DNA from: a virus
Strand: one strand, 5' to 3'
DNA: 64,000 nt
Virus record (IMG/VR): IMGVR_UViG_3300026078_000024
Span: 1-64,000 of that record
The first letter of the stretch is position 1. Every line of letters starts with the position of its first letter. Both the position numbers and the translations under genes were made by a program. Shown here piece by piece: positions 56,305 through 64,000 of this stretch. Under the pieces are notes generated by a model. That model saw only the letters and a list, made by a program, of their open reading frames with translations. It searched no databases and was not told the origin of the DNA.

Positions 56305-57690
56305 GTGCTCCGGTTCCTGCGGTACGAGAAGATCCCCCTCGACGAGCTTGATCTCTTCCCCGGCAACGCGAACGTCGGCAACGTCCCGGCGATCGTGGAG
56401 TCCTTGATCGAGAATTCACAGTTCCGCAGTCTGATCGTTCGCGAGGTGGACGGGCGGCACGTGGTCATGGCCGGGAACCATACGAAGCTGGCCATGGTCG
56501 AACACGGCGCACAGCTCTGCGACCGGGCGCGGCGGCACGCCGAGAACCCGGACGACAACCCTGCGTGCGGCCTGTGCGTGGACGATCAACCGTTCGACGG
56601 TCGGCCACGGTGCGAGATCTACGAATGCGACGACGACGATGCGATCAAGGTCAACGTCGCGGACAACCGGATCCAGGAGTTCGGGCACCGGGACGATCAG
56701 CTTCTGGCCGACCAGCTCGGCACGTTGGAAGATCTCGCGGGCACCGGTTACGACTACCACGACTACGAGTCGATCACGCACCGCCTCTTGGAGGGCAGCT
56801 ACATAGATCAGCAGACGGCGGAGGTACTGGCCACCCAGGAACCGGTGAGCGCCCCGGAGCCGGGAAGCCAGGCACCACCCGACCCCCCTCGGGTCATCTC
56901 CCGCACCGTCCCCCTCGACGCCATGTTCTGTTGCCGCTACAACTCGATCTCCCTCGCGGCGTACGAGATGGGTTTCCTGCCCGGCATGATCTCGTCCAAG
57001 ACCGATGCCTGGCGCAAGATCCTGGACCGCAACCCAGGCATCCGTATCGGTCTCATGGACAACGACTGGCACGACTACGATCATGCCGCGCACATCGCCG
57101 GGGTGACGGAGGCGAAACCGAAATACGCCACGGTCCGGGACGTCATGACCAAGGCGCAGTGCGAGGCGGCCGGGGTGGAGTTCTTCCCGGTCGAACAGAT
57201 CCTGGACATGGCGGCCGAGGTCGCGGAACACGCCGACCACGTGATCGTGATCCCGAAGTACGACTGCCTTGACAAGATCCCCGAAGAGTACGTGATCGGG
57301 TTCTCCGTGCCCACGTCCTACGGCGGTACCCCCATGCCCGCCTCGATGCTCCAAGGACGCCGGGTCCACCTCCTCGGCGGATCATGGAAGAACCAGCGCG
57401 CGTTCCTGGAGATCCTCGGCGAGGACGTGGTGTCTCTGGACAACAACCACGTCTTGAGGATCTGCGAGTTCGGGAACTTCTCGTTCCCCGACGGGTCCAC
57501 GTCCCGTCTCGCCAATCTCGACCCACGGATGCCGCGCACCTGGCAGGCCGCCGCGATCTTGTCTCTTGCCTCCATCCGGGACGAACTCAACGCCCGGTAT
57601 GCGGCAGGGATCACGTCGGCGGCCGACGAGGTGCCGGACGTGACGGAGTACGTGCACGACGATCAAGAGGACAACGAGGAGACGGAATGA
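56305..57690 (+). CDS. ParB-like N-terminus fused to a TGT/DpdA-like C-terminal domain (candidate DNA 7-deazaguanine transglycosylase)
   Basis: PGNAN.G.V..I.ESL..N.Q, MAGNHT, VADNR (ParB); MDND, VRDV, VIPK, VHLLGGS, VSLDNN (TGT-like); first gene of the que operon. Confidence 0.65.
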   Translation: MLRFLRYEKIPLDELDLFPGNANVGNVPAIVESLIENSQFRSLIVREVDGRHVVMAGNHTKLAMVEHGAQLCDRARRHAENPDDNPACGLCVDDQPFDGRPRCEIYECDDDDAIKVNVADNRIQEFGHRDDQLLADQLGTLEDLAGTGYDYHDYESITHRLLEGSYIDQQTAEVLATQEPVSAPEPGSQAPPDPPRVISRTVPLDAMFCCRYNSISLAAYEMGFLPGMISSKTDAWRKILDRNPGIRIGLMDNDWHDYDHAAHIAGVTEAKPKYATVRDVMTKAQCEAAGVEFFPVEQILDMAAEVAEHADHVIVIPKYDCLDKIPEEYVIGFSVPTSYGGTPMPASMLQGRRVHLLGGSWKNQRAFLEILGEDVVSLDNNHVLRICEFGNFSFPDGSTSRLANLDPRMPRTWQAAAILSLASIRDELNARYAAGITSAADEVPDVTEYVHDDQEDNEETE

Positions 57691-58079
57691 CCAAGGTTCT
57701 CGGAGAACGCACGAGCGCCCCGATCAAGGCGGCGGATCTCGACGTGATCGACGTCGACAACCTCGCCCGGCCGGTGCGCTACACCACCAAGGAGCTGAAC
57801 GCCCTCTGCCCGGTCACCGGCCAGCCGGACCAGTACGAGGTGATCATTCAGTACGACGCGCCGGGGAAGACGATCGAGTCCAAGTCCCTGAAGCTCTACC
57901 TCTGGTCGTTCCGGGACCGGGGGATCTTCGCGGAGGATCTCGCCGCGACGATCGCGAAAGATCTCTGCAAGGCGTTGCGGTTCCCGGTCCGGGTGCATCT
58001 CACGCAACAGGTCCGGGGCGGGTTGGTCCTGGAGGTCGACGCGTTCGGAGAACCGGTCATGGGGAGTGACGACGTATGA
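57687..58079 (+). CDS. queF: preQ0 reductase (preQ1 synthase)
   Basis: LCPVTGQPD, ESKSLKLY QueF motif, RGG. Confidence 0.9.
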   Translation: MTKVLGERTSAPIKAADLDVIDVDNLARPVRYTTKELNALCPVTGQPDQYEVIIQYDAPGKTIESKSLKLYLWSFRDRGIFAEDLAATIAKDLCKALRFPVRVHLTQQVRGGLVLEVDAFGEPVMGSDDV

Positions 58080-58759
58080 AGGCGATCATCTGTTTCTCCG
58101 GCGGGATGGACTCCACCGTCCTCGCCACGTCGTACCTCCACCAGGGGTACAAGCTGGGCCTGTTGTCGTTCGACTACGGGCAACGCCACAAGGCGGCCGA
58201 GCTGGCGGCCGGTGCGCGCGTCGCCGGGTATCTCGACAACCTCGGCATCGCGCCCGTGTCCCGCCAGGTGGTCGATCTCGGGGTCCTCGGGGATCTCCTC
58301 CCCGGTTCCGCGTTGACGGATCCGGAGGTCGACGTGCCGGACGGGCATTACGCGGCCGAGACGATGCGCGCCACCGTGGTCCCGAACCGCAATGCGATCA
58401 TGGCGAACATCGCGATTGGGGTTGCGTCGGCGGTGGAGGCGGACGTGATCGCCCTCGGGATGCATGCCGGGGACCACGCGATCTACCCCGACTGCCGACC
58501 CGAGTTCGTCCGGGCGTTGCGTCAGACCATGGTCCACGCCCTCAAGGGGTTCCACACCCCGCGTCTCGACACGCCGTTCATCGGCATCAGCAAGACCAAC
58601 ATCGCCCGCCTCGGGGACACCCTCGGCGCGCCGGTGCATCTCTCCTGGTCCTGCTACAAGGGCGGCGATTTGCACTGCGGCACCTGTGGCACGTGCACAG
58701 AGCGCAAAGAGGCGTTCAAGGACGCCGGTGTCCATGATCCGACGGAGTACCTGGCGTGA
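58076..58759 (+). CDS. queC: 7-cyano-7-deazaguanine synthase
   Basis: SGGMDS, FDYGQRH, VPNRN, YPDCRPEF, SCY..CGTCGTC.ER. Confidence 0.97.
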   Translation: MKAIICFSGGMDSTVLATSYLHQGYKLGLLSFDYGQRHKAAELAAGARVAGYLDNLGIAPVSRQVVDLGVLGDLLPGSALTDPEVDVPDGHYAAETMRATVVPNRNAIMANIAIGVASAVEADVIALGMHAGDHAIYPDCRPEFVRALRQTMVHALKGFHTPRLDTPFIGISKTNIARLGDTLGAPVHLSWSCYKGGDLHCGTCGTCTERKEAFKDAGVHDPTEYLA

Positions 58760-59133
58760 GCTACACGATCTGCAAGACGTTCCGGTTCGAGGCCGCGCAC
58801 CAGTTGCACGGCCTCCCGCCGGACCACCAGTGCGCCCGGATGCACGGCCACTCCTACCGGATCGACCTGGAACTCACTGAGTTGGGTGCCGAGTTGGACT
58901 ACCCCGGGTTCGTGGTCGACTTCGGGCGCCTGAAGCCGTTCAAGGAGTGGATCGACAAGACCCTCGATCACCGCGTCCTGAACGAGATCCTGCCGGTCGA
59001 ACCGACAGCGGAGAACCTCGCCGCATGGATCTTCTCCGTGGTCGAGATCGCCCTCCCGGAATGGATCTCCGGCAAGGTCGCGGCCGTGAGGGTCCACGAG
59101 ACCGAGACATCCTGGGCGGAGTACCGGCCGTGA
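58756..59133 (+). CDS. queD: 6-carboxy-5,6,7,8-tetrahydropterin synthase
   Basis: FEAAH.L, CARMHGHSY, VVDFG, LDHRVLN, PTAEN, ET. Confidence 0.97.
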   Translation: MSYTICKTFRFEAAHQLHGLPPDHQCARMHGHSYRIDLELTELGAELDYPGFVVDFGRLKPFKEWIDKTLDHRVLNEILPVEPTAENLAAWIFSVVEIALPEWISGKVAAVRVHETETSWAEYRP

Positions 59134-59777
59134 GGCCCGACTCCGTGGACAAGATCGTCGTCCAGTACTTCGGTGCCGTGACGGCGCAGCGGTTCGAGTA
59201 CCGGGGCGTGGTGCACGACGTGCCGCGCCTCACCGTCTCCCCCGGCCTCCTGCGCGGTTACACCTGCCCGGCCGGATGCGGCGGGTGCTGTCCCCGCTTC
59301 TCGTTGGACTACCTGCCGACCGAGACGCGGCCGGACGGCACCACGCCCCGGATGATCGACTTCAACGGGTACCAGGTGGAGATCTTCTCGGATCTCCAGG
59401 ACGACCACCGTTCCGACCGCTGCCGGAACCTGATGCCCGACGGCCGGTGCGGCATCCATCCGGTCCGCCCGTTCTCGTGCGACTTCGAGCTGATCCGGTT
59501 CATGGCCCGGCCGGGCACGGCGCACATGAATCAGCGCCTGTTCTCCCGTGGGTGGAACATGAAGCGCACCGACGGCGGCCGGGGCGCCAAGTGCGAGATG
59601 CTCCCGGCCGACCCGTCCACCGTGGCGGACGTGATCCGTAAGCTCGGCCGTCTGGCGGAATGGGCCGACCACTTCGGGATCTCCACCCGCACCGGCCTGA
59701 TCGTCGACTGGGTGGAGAAGATCAAGGACGATCCCATGTCGGCCGACAACCTCGTCCTTCCGGGGAGGTCGCGGTGA
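59130..59777 (+). CDS. CxxxCxxCC (YkgJ/FliB-like) Fe-S or zinc cluster protein
   Basis: CPAGCGGCC ... CRNL...RCGIHPVRPFSC; coupled between queD and queE. Confidence 0.75.
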   Translation: MRPDSVDKIVVQYFGAVTAQRFEYRGVVHDVPRLTVSPGLLRGYTCPAGCGGCCPRFSLDYLPTETRPDGTTPRMIDFNGYQVEIFSDLQDDHRSDRCRNLMPDGRCGIHPVRPFSCDFELIRFMARPGTAHMNQRLFSRGWNMKRTDGGRGAKCEMLPADPSTVADVIRKLGRLAEWADHFGISTRTGLIVDWVEKIKDDPMSADNLVLPGRSR

Positions 59778-60529
59778 GCTACCAGGACAACCACGACACC
59801 GTGACCCCGTCTCTCGTCGTCTCGGAGATCTTCGGGCCGACCGTGTCCGGCGAGGGCGCGACGTTGGGGCGCCGGTGCGGCTTCCTCCGCCTCATGGGCT
59901 GCAACCTTCACTGCACGTGGTGCGACACGGCGTACACCTGGGATGCGCGCCGGTTCGATCTCGTCGCGCAGGGCCACCGGATGACATGGCCGGTGATCGT
60001 GGAGCAACTGATCGCGATGAACGTCGACCTGGTGATCGTCTCCGGCGGAGAACCTCTCCTCCACCAGGACCAGCGGGCTTGGGAGTTGATCCTCCGCTCC
60101 CTGACCGGCGCCGGTATCGGGGTCGAGGTCGAGACGAACGGTACGAAGATCCCGAACCAGGCCAGCCGGGACTTCGTGCGCCGGTTCACCGTCTCCCCCA
60201 AGCTGGCGCACGCCGGTGATCCCGAGTCGGCGCGCATCGTGCCGGAGGCGATCGGTGCCTTTCGGCTGATCATGGACCAGCTGGGTGAGTGGAAGGACAG
60301 GGTGATCTTCAAGTTCGTGTGCGCCACCCCGGAGCACGTGGCCGAGGTGCAGCGCTGGGTGAAGATCTTCCAGATCAGGCCGGAGTGCGTATGGATCATG
60401 CCGGAGGGCGTCGACACTCCGGCCTTGTGCGATCATCTGGCTGTGATCACGGATCCTGCCGTGGCTGCCGGGTTCAACGTCACGACCCGCCTCCACATCC
60501 ATGTGTGGGGCGACGAAAGAGGCCACTGA
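59774..60529 (+). CDS. queE: 7-carboxy-7-deazaguanine synthase (radical SAM)
   Basis: EIFGPT..GEG, GCNLHCTWCDT, SGGEPLL, ETNGT, VSPKL, RLHI..WG. Confidence 0.96.
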   Translation: MSYQDNHDTVTPSLVVSEIFGPTVSGEGATLGRRCGFLRLMGCNLHCTWCDTAYTWDARRFDLVAQGHRMTWPVIVEQLIAMNVDLVIVSGGEPLLHQDQRAWELILRSLTGAGIGVEVETNGTKIPNQASRDFVRRFTVSPKLAHAGDPESARIVPEAIGAFRLIMDQLGEWKDRVIFKFVCATPEHVAEVQRWVKIFQIRPECVWIMPEGVDTPALCDHLAVITDPAVAAGFNVTTRLHIHVWGDERGH

Positions 60530-60531
60530 TC

Positions 60532-61167
60532 ATGTGCACTGACGCCTGTTCCGAGATGCATACCTACATCCCCGGTTGTGATCTCTCCGTGGGTTTCGCC
60601 GCGCCGACGGCGGCCGACATGTTCCGCGACGGCATGCGCGGCATGTTCTCGTACCTCGGTCTCGACCCGGACGGCGAGGAACTGGTGGACACCCCCGGCC
60701 GGTGGATCCGGGCCATGGAAGAGTTCACGCAGGGGTATCAGGAAGATCCCGGTCGGATCCTGGAACGGACCTTCCCCGTGGCCCGGTCCGGCGCGGAACC
60801 AATCGGCGTGTCCCATATCCCGTTCACGTCCATCTGTGCCCACCACCTGTTGCCGTTCTCCGGCACGGCGATGATCGCCTACATGCCCGGCGAGGGTGAC
60901 CGGGTGGTGGGTCTCTCCAAGCTCCCGCGTCTTCTCGACGCGTTCGCCCGACGTCTCCAGACCCAGGAACGGATCACGGTGCAGATCACCGAAGCGATCG
61001 ACAAGCATCTGTCGCCCCGGGGTGCGGCGTGCGTGATCCGGTCCGAACACGGGTGCCTCGCGCACCGGGGAGCACGGAAGCCCGGCGCGGTCATGGTGAC
61101 CTCGTCCTTTACGGGATACTTCAGAGATCCGGACCGTCGGCGGGAGCTTCTCGACCTCATGCGGTGA
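60532..61167 (+). CDS. folE: GTP cyclohydrolase I
   Basis: TPGR, SICAHHLLPF, GLSKLPR, RLQTQE, HGCL..RG. Confidence 0.96.
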   Translation: MCTDACSEMHTYIPGCDLSVGFAAPTAADMFRDGMRGMFSYLGLDPDGEELVDTPGRWIRAMEEFTQGYQEDPGRILERTFPVARSGAEPIGVSHIPFTSICAHHLLPFSGTAMIAYMPGEGDRVVGLSKLPRLLDAFARRLQTQERITVQITEAIDKHLSPRGAACVIRSEHGCLAHRGARKPGAVMVTSSFTGYFRDPDRRRELLDLMR

Positions 61168-61194
61168 GATTTGGATCTAGAAGGAAATTGAATC

Positions 61195-61791
61195 ATGACG
61201 GCACCCGAACGATTCGAAGATCCCGAGCGGTTGGAACGGATCAGGCAGGCCGCACACCTGAAGGTGGTCGTCGGCATGACCTGGGACGATGCGGCGCGCG
61301 CCACCGGCTTCAACTCCCCCCAGGCGTGTTCGGCGGCGGTGAAGGCGCACGTCAAGAACCTCGCCCGGGAGACGGAGAAGGAGTTGGAGGCCCTCGTCCA
61401 GCAGTCGGACATGCGGTACGACGCCATGCGGCGCCGGGCTCACGCGATCATGGTGGCCGACCATCCGTTGGTGCAGGGCGGAGAGATCGTGAGGGACGAC
61501 CAGGGGCGGCCGTTGCGGGACGCCGGTCCACAACTCGCGGCGCTCAATGCCCTGTTGAGAATCGAGTCGCAGTGGTCCGATCTGCACGGGATCAACGCCT
61601 CCAAAAAGCTGGAGATCGCCCTCAACGTCCGGGCCGACGTGGAGTCGAATCTTGTGGCAGAGGCGGTTCTCGCGGCGGCTGAAGCCCTTGGCTTGGAACC
61701 CCAACAGCGCATGCTCGCCCTGGAAGCGGCAGCGGCGCGTCTCGACGCGGTGGACGGAGAGGTGATCTCGGATGAGCAGACCCCTGAGTGA
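61195..61791 (+). CDS. Probable terminase small subunit-like HTH protein
   Basis: N-terminal HTH (GMTWDDAARATGF), 'D.GP.LAA..ALLRIE...L.G.NA' pattern typical of actinophage genes in the TerS position. Confidence 0.6.
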   Translation: MTAPERFEDPERLERIRQAAHLKVVVGMTWDDAARATGFNSPQACSAAVKAHVKNLARETEKELEALVQQSDMRYDAMRRRAHAIMVADHPLVQGGEIVRDDQGRPLRDAGPQLAALNALLRIESQWSDLHGINASKKLEIALNVRADVESNLVAEAVLAAAEALGLEPQQRMLALEAAAARLDAVDGEVISDEQTPE

Positions 61792-61930
61792 AGACGATGC
61801 GGCGGCCCGGCGGAAAGACGAGAACGGTTCATGGGGCGTGATCGTCATGTGCGACACCGAACAGCAGCAGATCGAGCTGCTCCAGCGCATGATCGACGAA
61901 GGCCGGGTCGTCCGCGCCCTGATCAAATGA
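61772..61930 (+). CDS. 52-aa protein (WGVIVMCDTEQQQIELLQRMIDEGRVVRAL)
   Basis: ATGA-coupled to the GNAT gene; below the ORF-track cutoff. Confidence 0.55.
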   Translation: MSRPLSEDDAAARRKDENGSWGVIVMCDTEQQQIELLQRMIDEGRVVRALIK

Positions 61931-62457
61931 CCGGGTTCACGTGGCACCGGTCGACCGGCCATCCATTCGTCCCGTTGTGCATTCACAAGATCGACCGGTC
62001 CCTGTGGCCCATGTTCTCCCGCCACCACTACCTGAGCGCCGATATCAACTCCTCCGCACAGTGTTACGGCGGGTTCATCGGGGAAGATCTCGTGGCGTTC
62101 ATGGCGTACATCCATTTCCCCCATCCCAAGGTCCGGAACATCAAACGCGGGCATCGCACCGTCGTCCTCCCCGACTTCCAAGGGCTCGGGATCTCCGGGG
62201 TCATGGCGGAAACCATCGGCCAGATGCTGCACGATCAAGGCTTCCGTTACCGGCGCGTCATCGCCCACCCGGCAGTGATCTCCTACTGCTCCCGGTCACC
62301 GCGTTGGAGGGAAACCACCAACACCTCTCGCAAGGTTCCTGACCGGCCGACCGGAGACAGGTGGAGTGTGGCGGGAGAACGGACCCCGGTGAAACGGATC
62401 ATCGATCCCCGCGTCCTGTCCATGAGATCGTTCGAGTATGTGCCGGTGATCAGGTGA
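61927..62457 (+). CDS. GNAT (Mom-like) acetyltransferase
   Basis: W.MFSRHHYL, RTVVLPDFQGLGI (acetyl-CoA motif A). Confidence 0.8.
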   Translation: MTGFTWHRSTGHPFVPLCIHKIDRSLWPMFSRHHYLSADINSSAQCYGGFIGEDLVAFMAYIHFPHPKVRNIKRGHRTVVLPDFQGLGISGVMAETIGQMLHDQGFRYRRVIAHPAVISYCSRSPRWRETTNTSRKVPDRPTGDRWSVAGERTPVKRIIDPRVLSMRSFEYVPVIR

Positions 62458-63128
62458 AGAGGGACATCGAGGTCTTTACGGAGATCAACGTCACGCCCCG
62501 GGTTCTCCAGGTGTCCGGCATGTTCGACGTCCCGGCGTCCGGCAGGGTCACCGCCCAGTGGAGTGTGGATCTTCCCATCGAGGACCGTGAGTGGAATGTC
62601 GGTCTTATCGTCGGCCCGTCCGGTTCGGGCAAGTCGGTCATGGCGCGCACATTGTTCCCCGAGGCGACCCGTGCCGTTCATTCCTGGGACGACCGGGCCC
62701 TTGTCGACTGCTTCCCTCCCGGTATGGGGATCAAAGACGTGGTCGGCCTCCTCACCTCGGTGGGTCTCGGTTCTCCCCCGGCGTGGATACGCCCCTACCG
62801 GACCCTCTCCACCGGTGAGGCGTTCCGCGCCTCCGTCGCCCGTACATTGGCCCAGGCCGAGGGAGTGTGCGTGGTGGACGAGTTCACGTCCACCGTGGAC
62901 CGGCAGGTTGCGAAGATCGCCAGTCATGCGATTCAGAAGACAGTGCGGCGGCGCGGCCAGCAACTGATCGCCGTCACCTGCCACTACGATGTGATCGACT
63001 GGCTTCAGCCGGATTGGATCTACGACACCGGAACGTCACACGCGGCACTCGGCGGAGAAGATCCGGCGGTCATTGAGAAGATCAACCCCACCGGCCCGTG
63101 CGTCCACCAGACAAGGATCTCCTCATGA
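62454..63128 (+). CDS. ABC-type ATPase (no membrane domain)
   Basis: GPSGSGKS, LSTGE, VVDEFTS, TCH. Confidence 0.9.
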   Translation: MKRDIEVFTEINVTPRVLQVSGMFDVPASGRVTAQWSVDLPIEDREWNVGLIVGPSGSGKSVMARTLFPEATRAVHSWDDRALVDCFPPGMGIKDVVGLLTSVGLGSPPAWIRPYRTLSTGEAFRASVARTLAQAEGVCVVDEFTSTVDRQVAKIASHAIQKTVRRRGQQLIAVTCHYDVIDWLQPDWIYDTGTSHAALGGEDPAVIEKINPTGPCVHQTRISS

Positions 63129-63466
63129 GTCCGAGTGACTTCAACCCGATCGGGCCGGACGCGTTCGATCTCGGTCATGATCATTGGGGCGCCTACTCCG
63201 CATGGGCACCGGACCGGGAACTGAATCCCCACCGTGCGCACCTGCCGGACGTGGAGAAGTGGGGGATCTTGATCTACCACAAGAACCCGGCCGGTAAGTG
63301 GTGCGCCGGGTTCTGCACCTTCGCCGGAGACGTGCAACGGGAGGTGGCACCGACGGCGGTCACGTGGGACGTGATCAGTTGGGAACCGTTGACGATCTCT
63401 CCGTCCGTTCTCTGTTCGTGCGGTGATCATGGTTATGTGCGCGAAGGGGCATGGGTGCCTGCCTGA
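63125..63466 (+). CDS. DUF6527-like protein
   Basis: W......LTISPSVLCSCGDHGYVREG.W. Confidence 0.6.
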   Translation: MSPSDFNPIGPDAFDLGHDHWGAYSAWAPDRELNPHRAHLPDVEKWGILIYHKNPAGKWCAGFCTFAGDVQREVAPTAVTWDVISWEPLTISPSVLCSCGDHGYVREGAWVPA

Positions 63467-63494
63467 CATTACGGGGATCACGTACCATTGATCC

Positions 63495-64000
63495 ATGGAT
63501 CAAAAGTGCTGCACCAAGTGCAAGACGATCAAGCCTCTCGATCAGTTCTACCGGCGCAAGCGTGCCAAGGACGGCCGGACATCAGAGTGCGCCGAATGCC
63601 GGAATGCTGCGGTGAAGCAGTGGAGGATCGACAACCCGGAGAGAGCCAAGAAGATCGAACACAACCGGGCGCGCGATTACTCGAAAGAGATCTCAAGAAC
63701 GAAGGCATACCGCGCGACCCCCGAAGGGAAGCGCCGGATGCGCGGGTACCGGTTGAAGGCCGAATACGGGATCAGCTTGGAGCAGTACGAAGATCTATTG
63801 GACGAACAAGGCGGGGTGTGCGCGATCTGCAAGCGTCCACCGTCCGGCGAGAATCACGCCAACACGTACCTGCATGTCGATCATGACCATGTGTCCGGCC
63901 ATGTCCGAGGTCTTCTCTGCCACCCGTGCAATACCGCAATCGGTCTGCTCGGCGATGATCCGGAACGAATCCAGGCGGCGGCCAGTTACGTGCATCACAG
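63495..64000 (+). CDS. Endonuclease VII-domain protein (3' truncated by the window edge)
   Basis: KCCTKCK..KPLDQF; YGISLEQY...QGGVCAIC...LHVDHDH..GHVRGLLC..CN..IG. Confidence 0.9.
   Translation, partial: MDQKCCTKCKTIKPLDQFYRRKRAKDGRTSECAECRNAAVKQWRIDNPERAKKIEHNRARDYSKEISRTKAYRATPEGKRRMRGYRLKAEYGISLEQYEDLLDEQGGVCAICKRPPSGENHANTYLHVDHDHVSGHVRGLLCHPCNTAIGLLGDDPERIQAAASYVHH

Overview
The window is about 64 kb of a high-GC (visually about two-thirds) tailed actinophage or prophage. It is Streptomyces-like, judged from WhiB, TraB/Spd-like genes and the style of the GH25 endolysin. Left to right: (1) 1-12.1 kb (+), late genes: tape measure with an SLT domain, a minor tail protein, four paralogous 'MAWTAPMTAVAG' proteins, a CHAP+GH25 endolysin and a GT-B glycosyltransferase. 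(2) 12.1-24.8 kb (-), a long operon of small ORFs (HU, WYL, DUF932-like) running from a consensus TTGACA-N17-TATGTT promoter to an intrinsic terminator, with WhiB just beyond it. This operon is unusually dense in RNA elements: tRNA-Lys(CTT), tRNA-Arg(ACG), a 137-nt tRNA-shaped RNA with an enlarged central domain, a ~460-nt structured leader ending in a tRNA-like acceptor/T-arm module, and two type II hammerhead ribozymes exactly 600 nt apart, one with its own 19-nt antisense. (3) 25.5-38.9 kb (-), a block bracketed by a ~235-bp direct repeat, carrying a plasmid-type TraB/Spd/clt-like transfer module and a sugar-nucleotide/glycosyltransferase cluster. (4) 38.9-53.5 kb, replication and recombination genes, including a 1471-aa primase-SF3 helicase-PolA fusion with an internal repeat region. 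(5) 56.3-64 kb (+), a 7-deazaguanine (preQ1) pathway (queF, queC, queD, queE, folE) with a ParB-TGT/DpdA-like fusion, a CxxxCxxCC protein, a split GNAT/ABC-ATPase pair, a probable small terminase and an endonuclease VII. All calls come from reading motifs by eye; no database searches or folding programs were run. The best candidates for undescribed biology are the ribozyme/tRNA-mimic processing array in the early operon, the phage-borne TraB conjugation module, and possible further tailoring of preQ1 in DNA.
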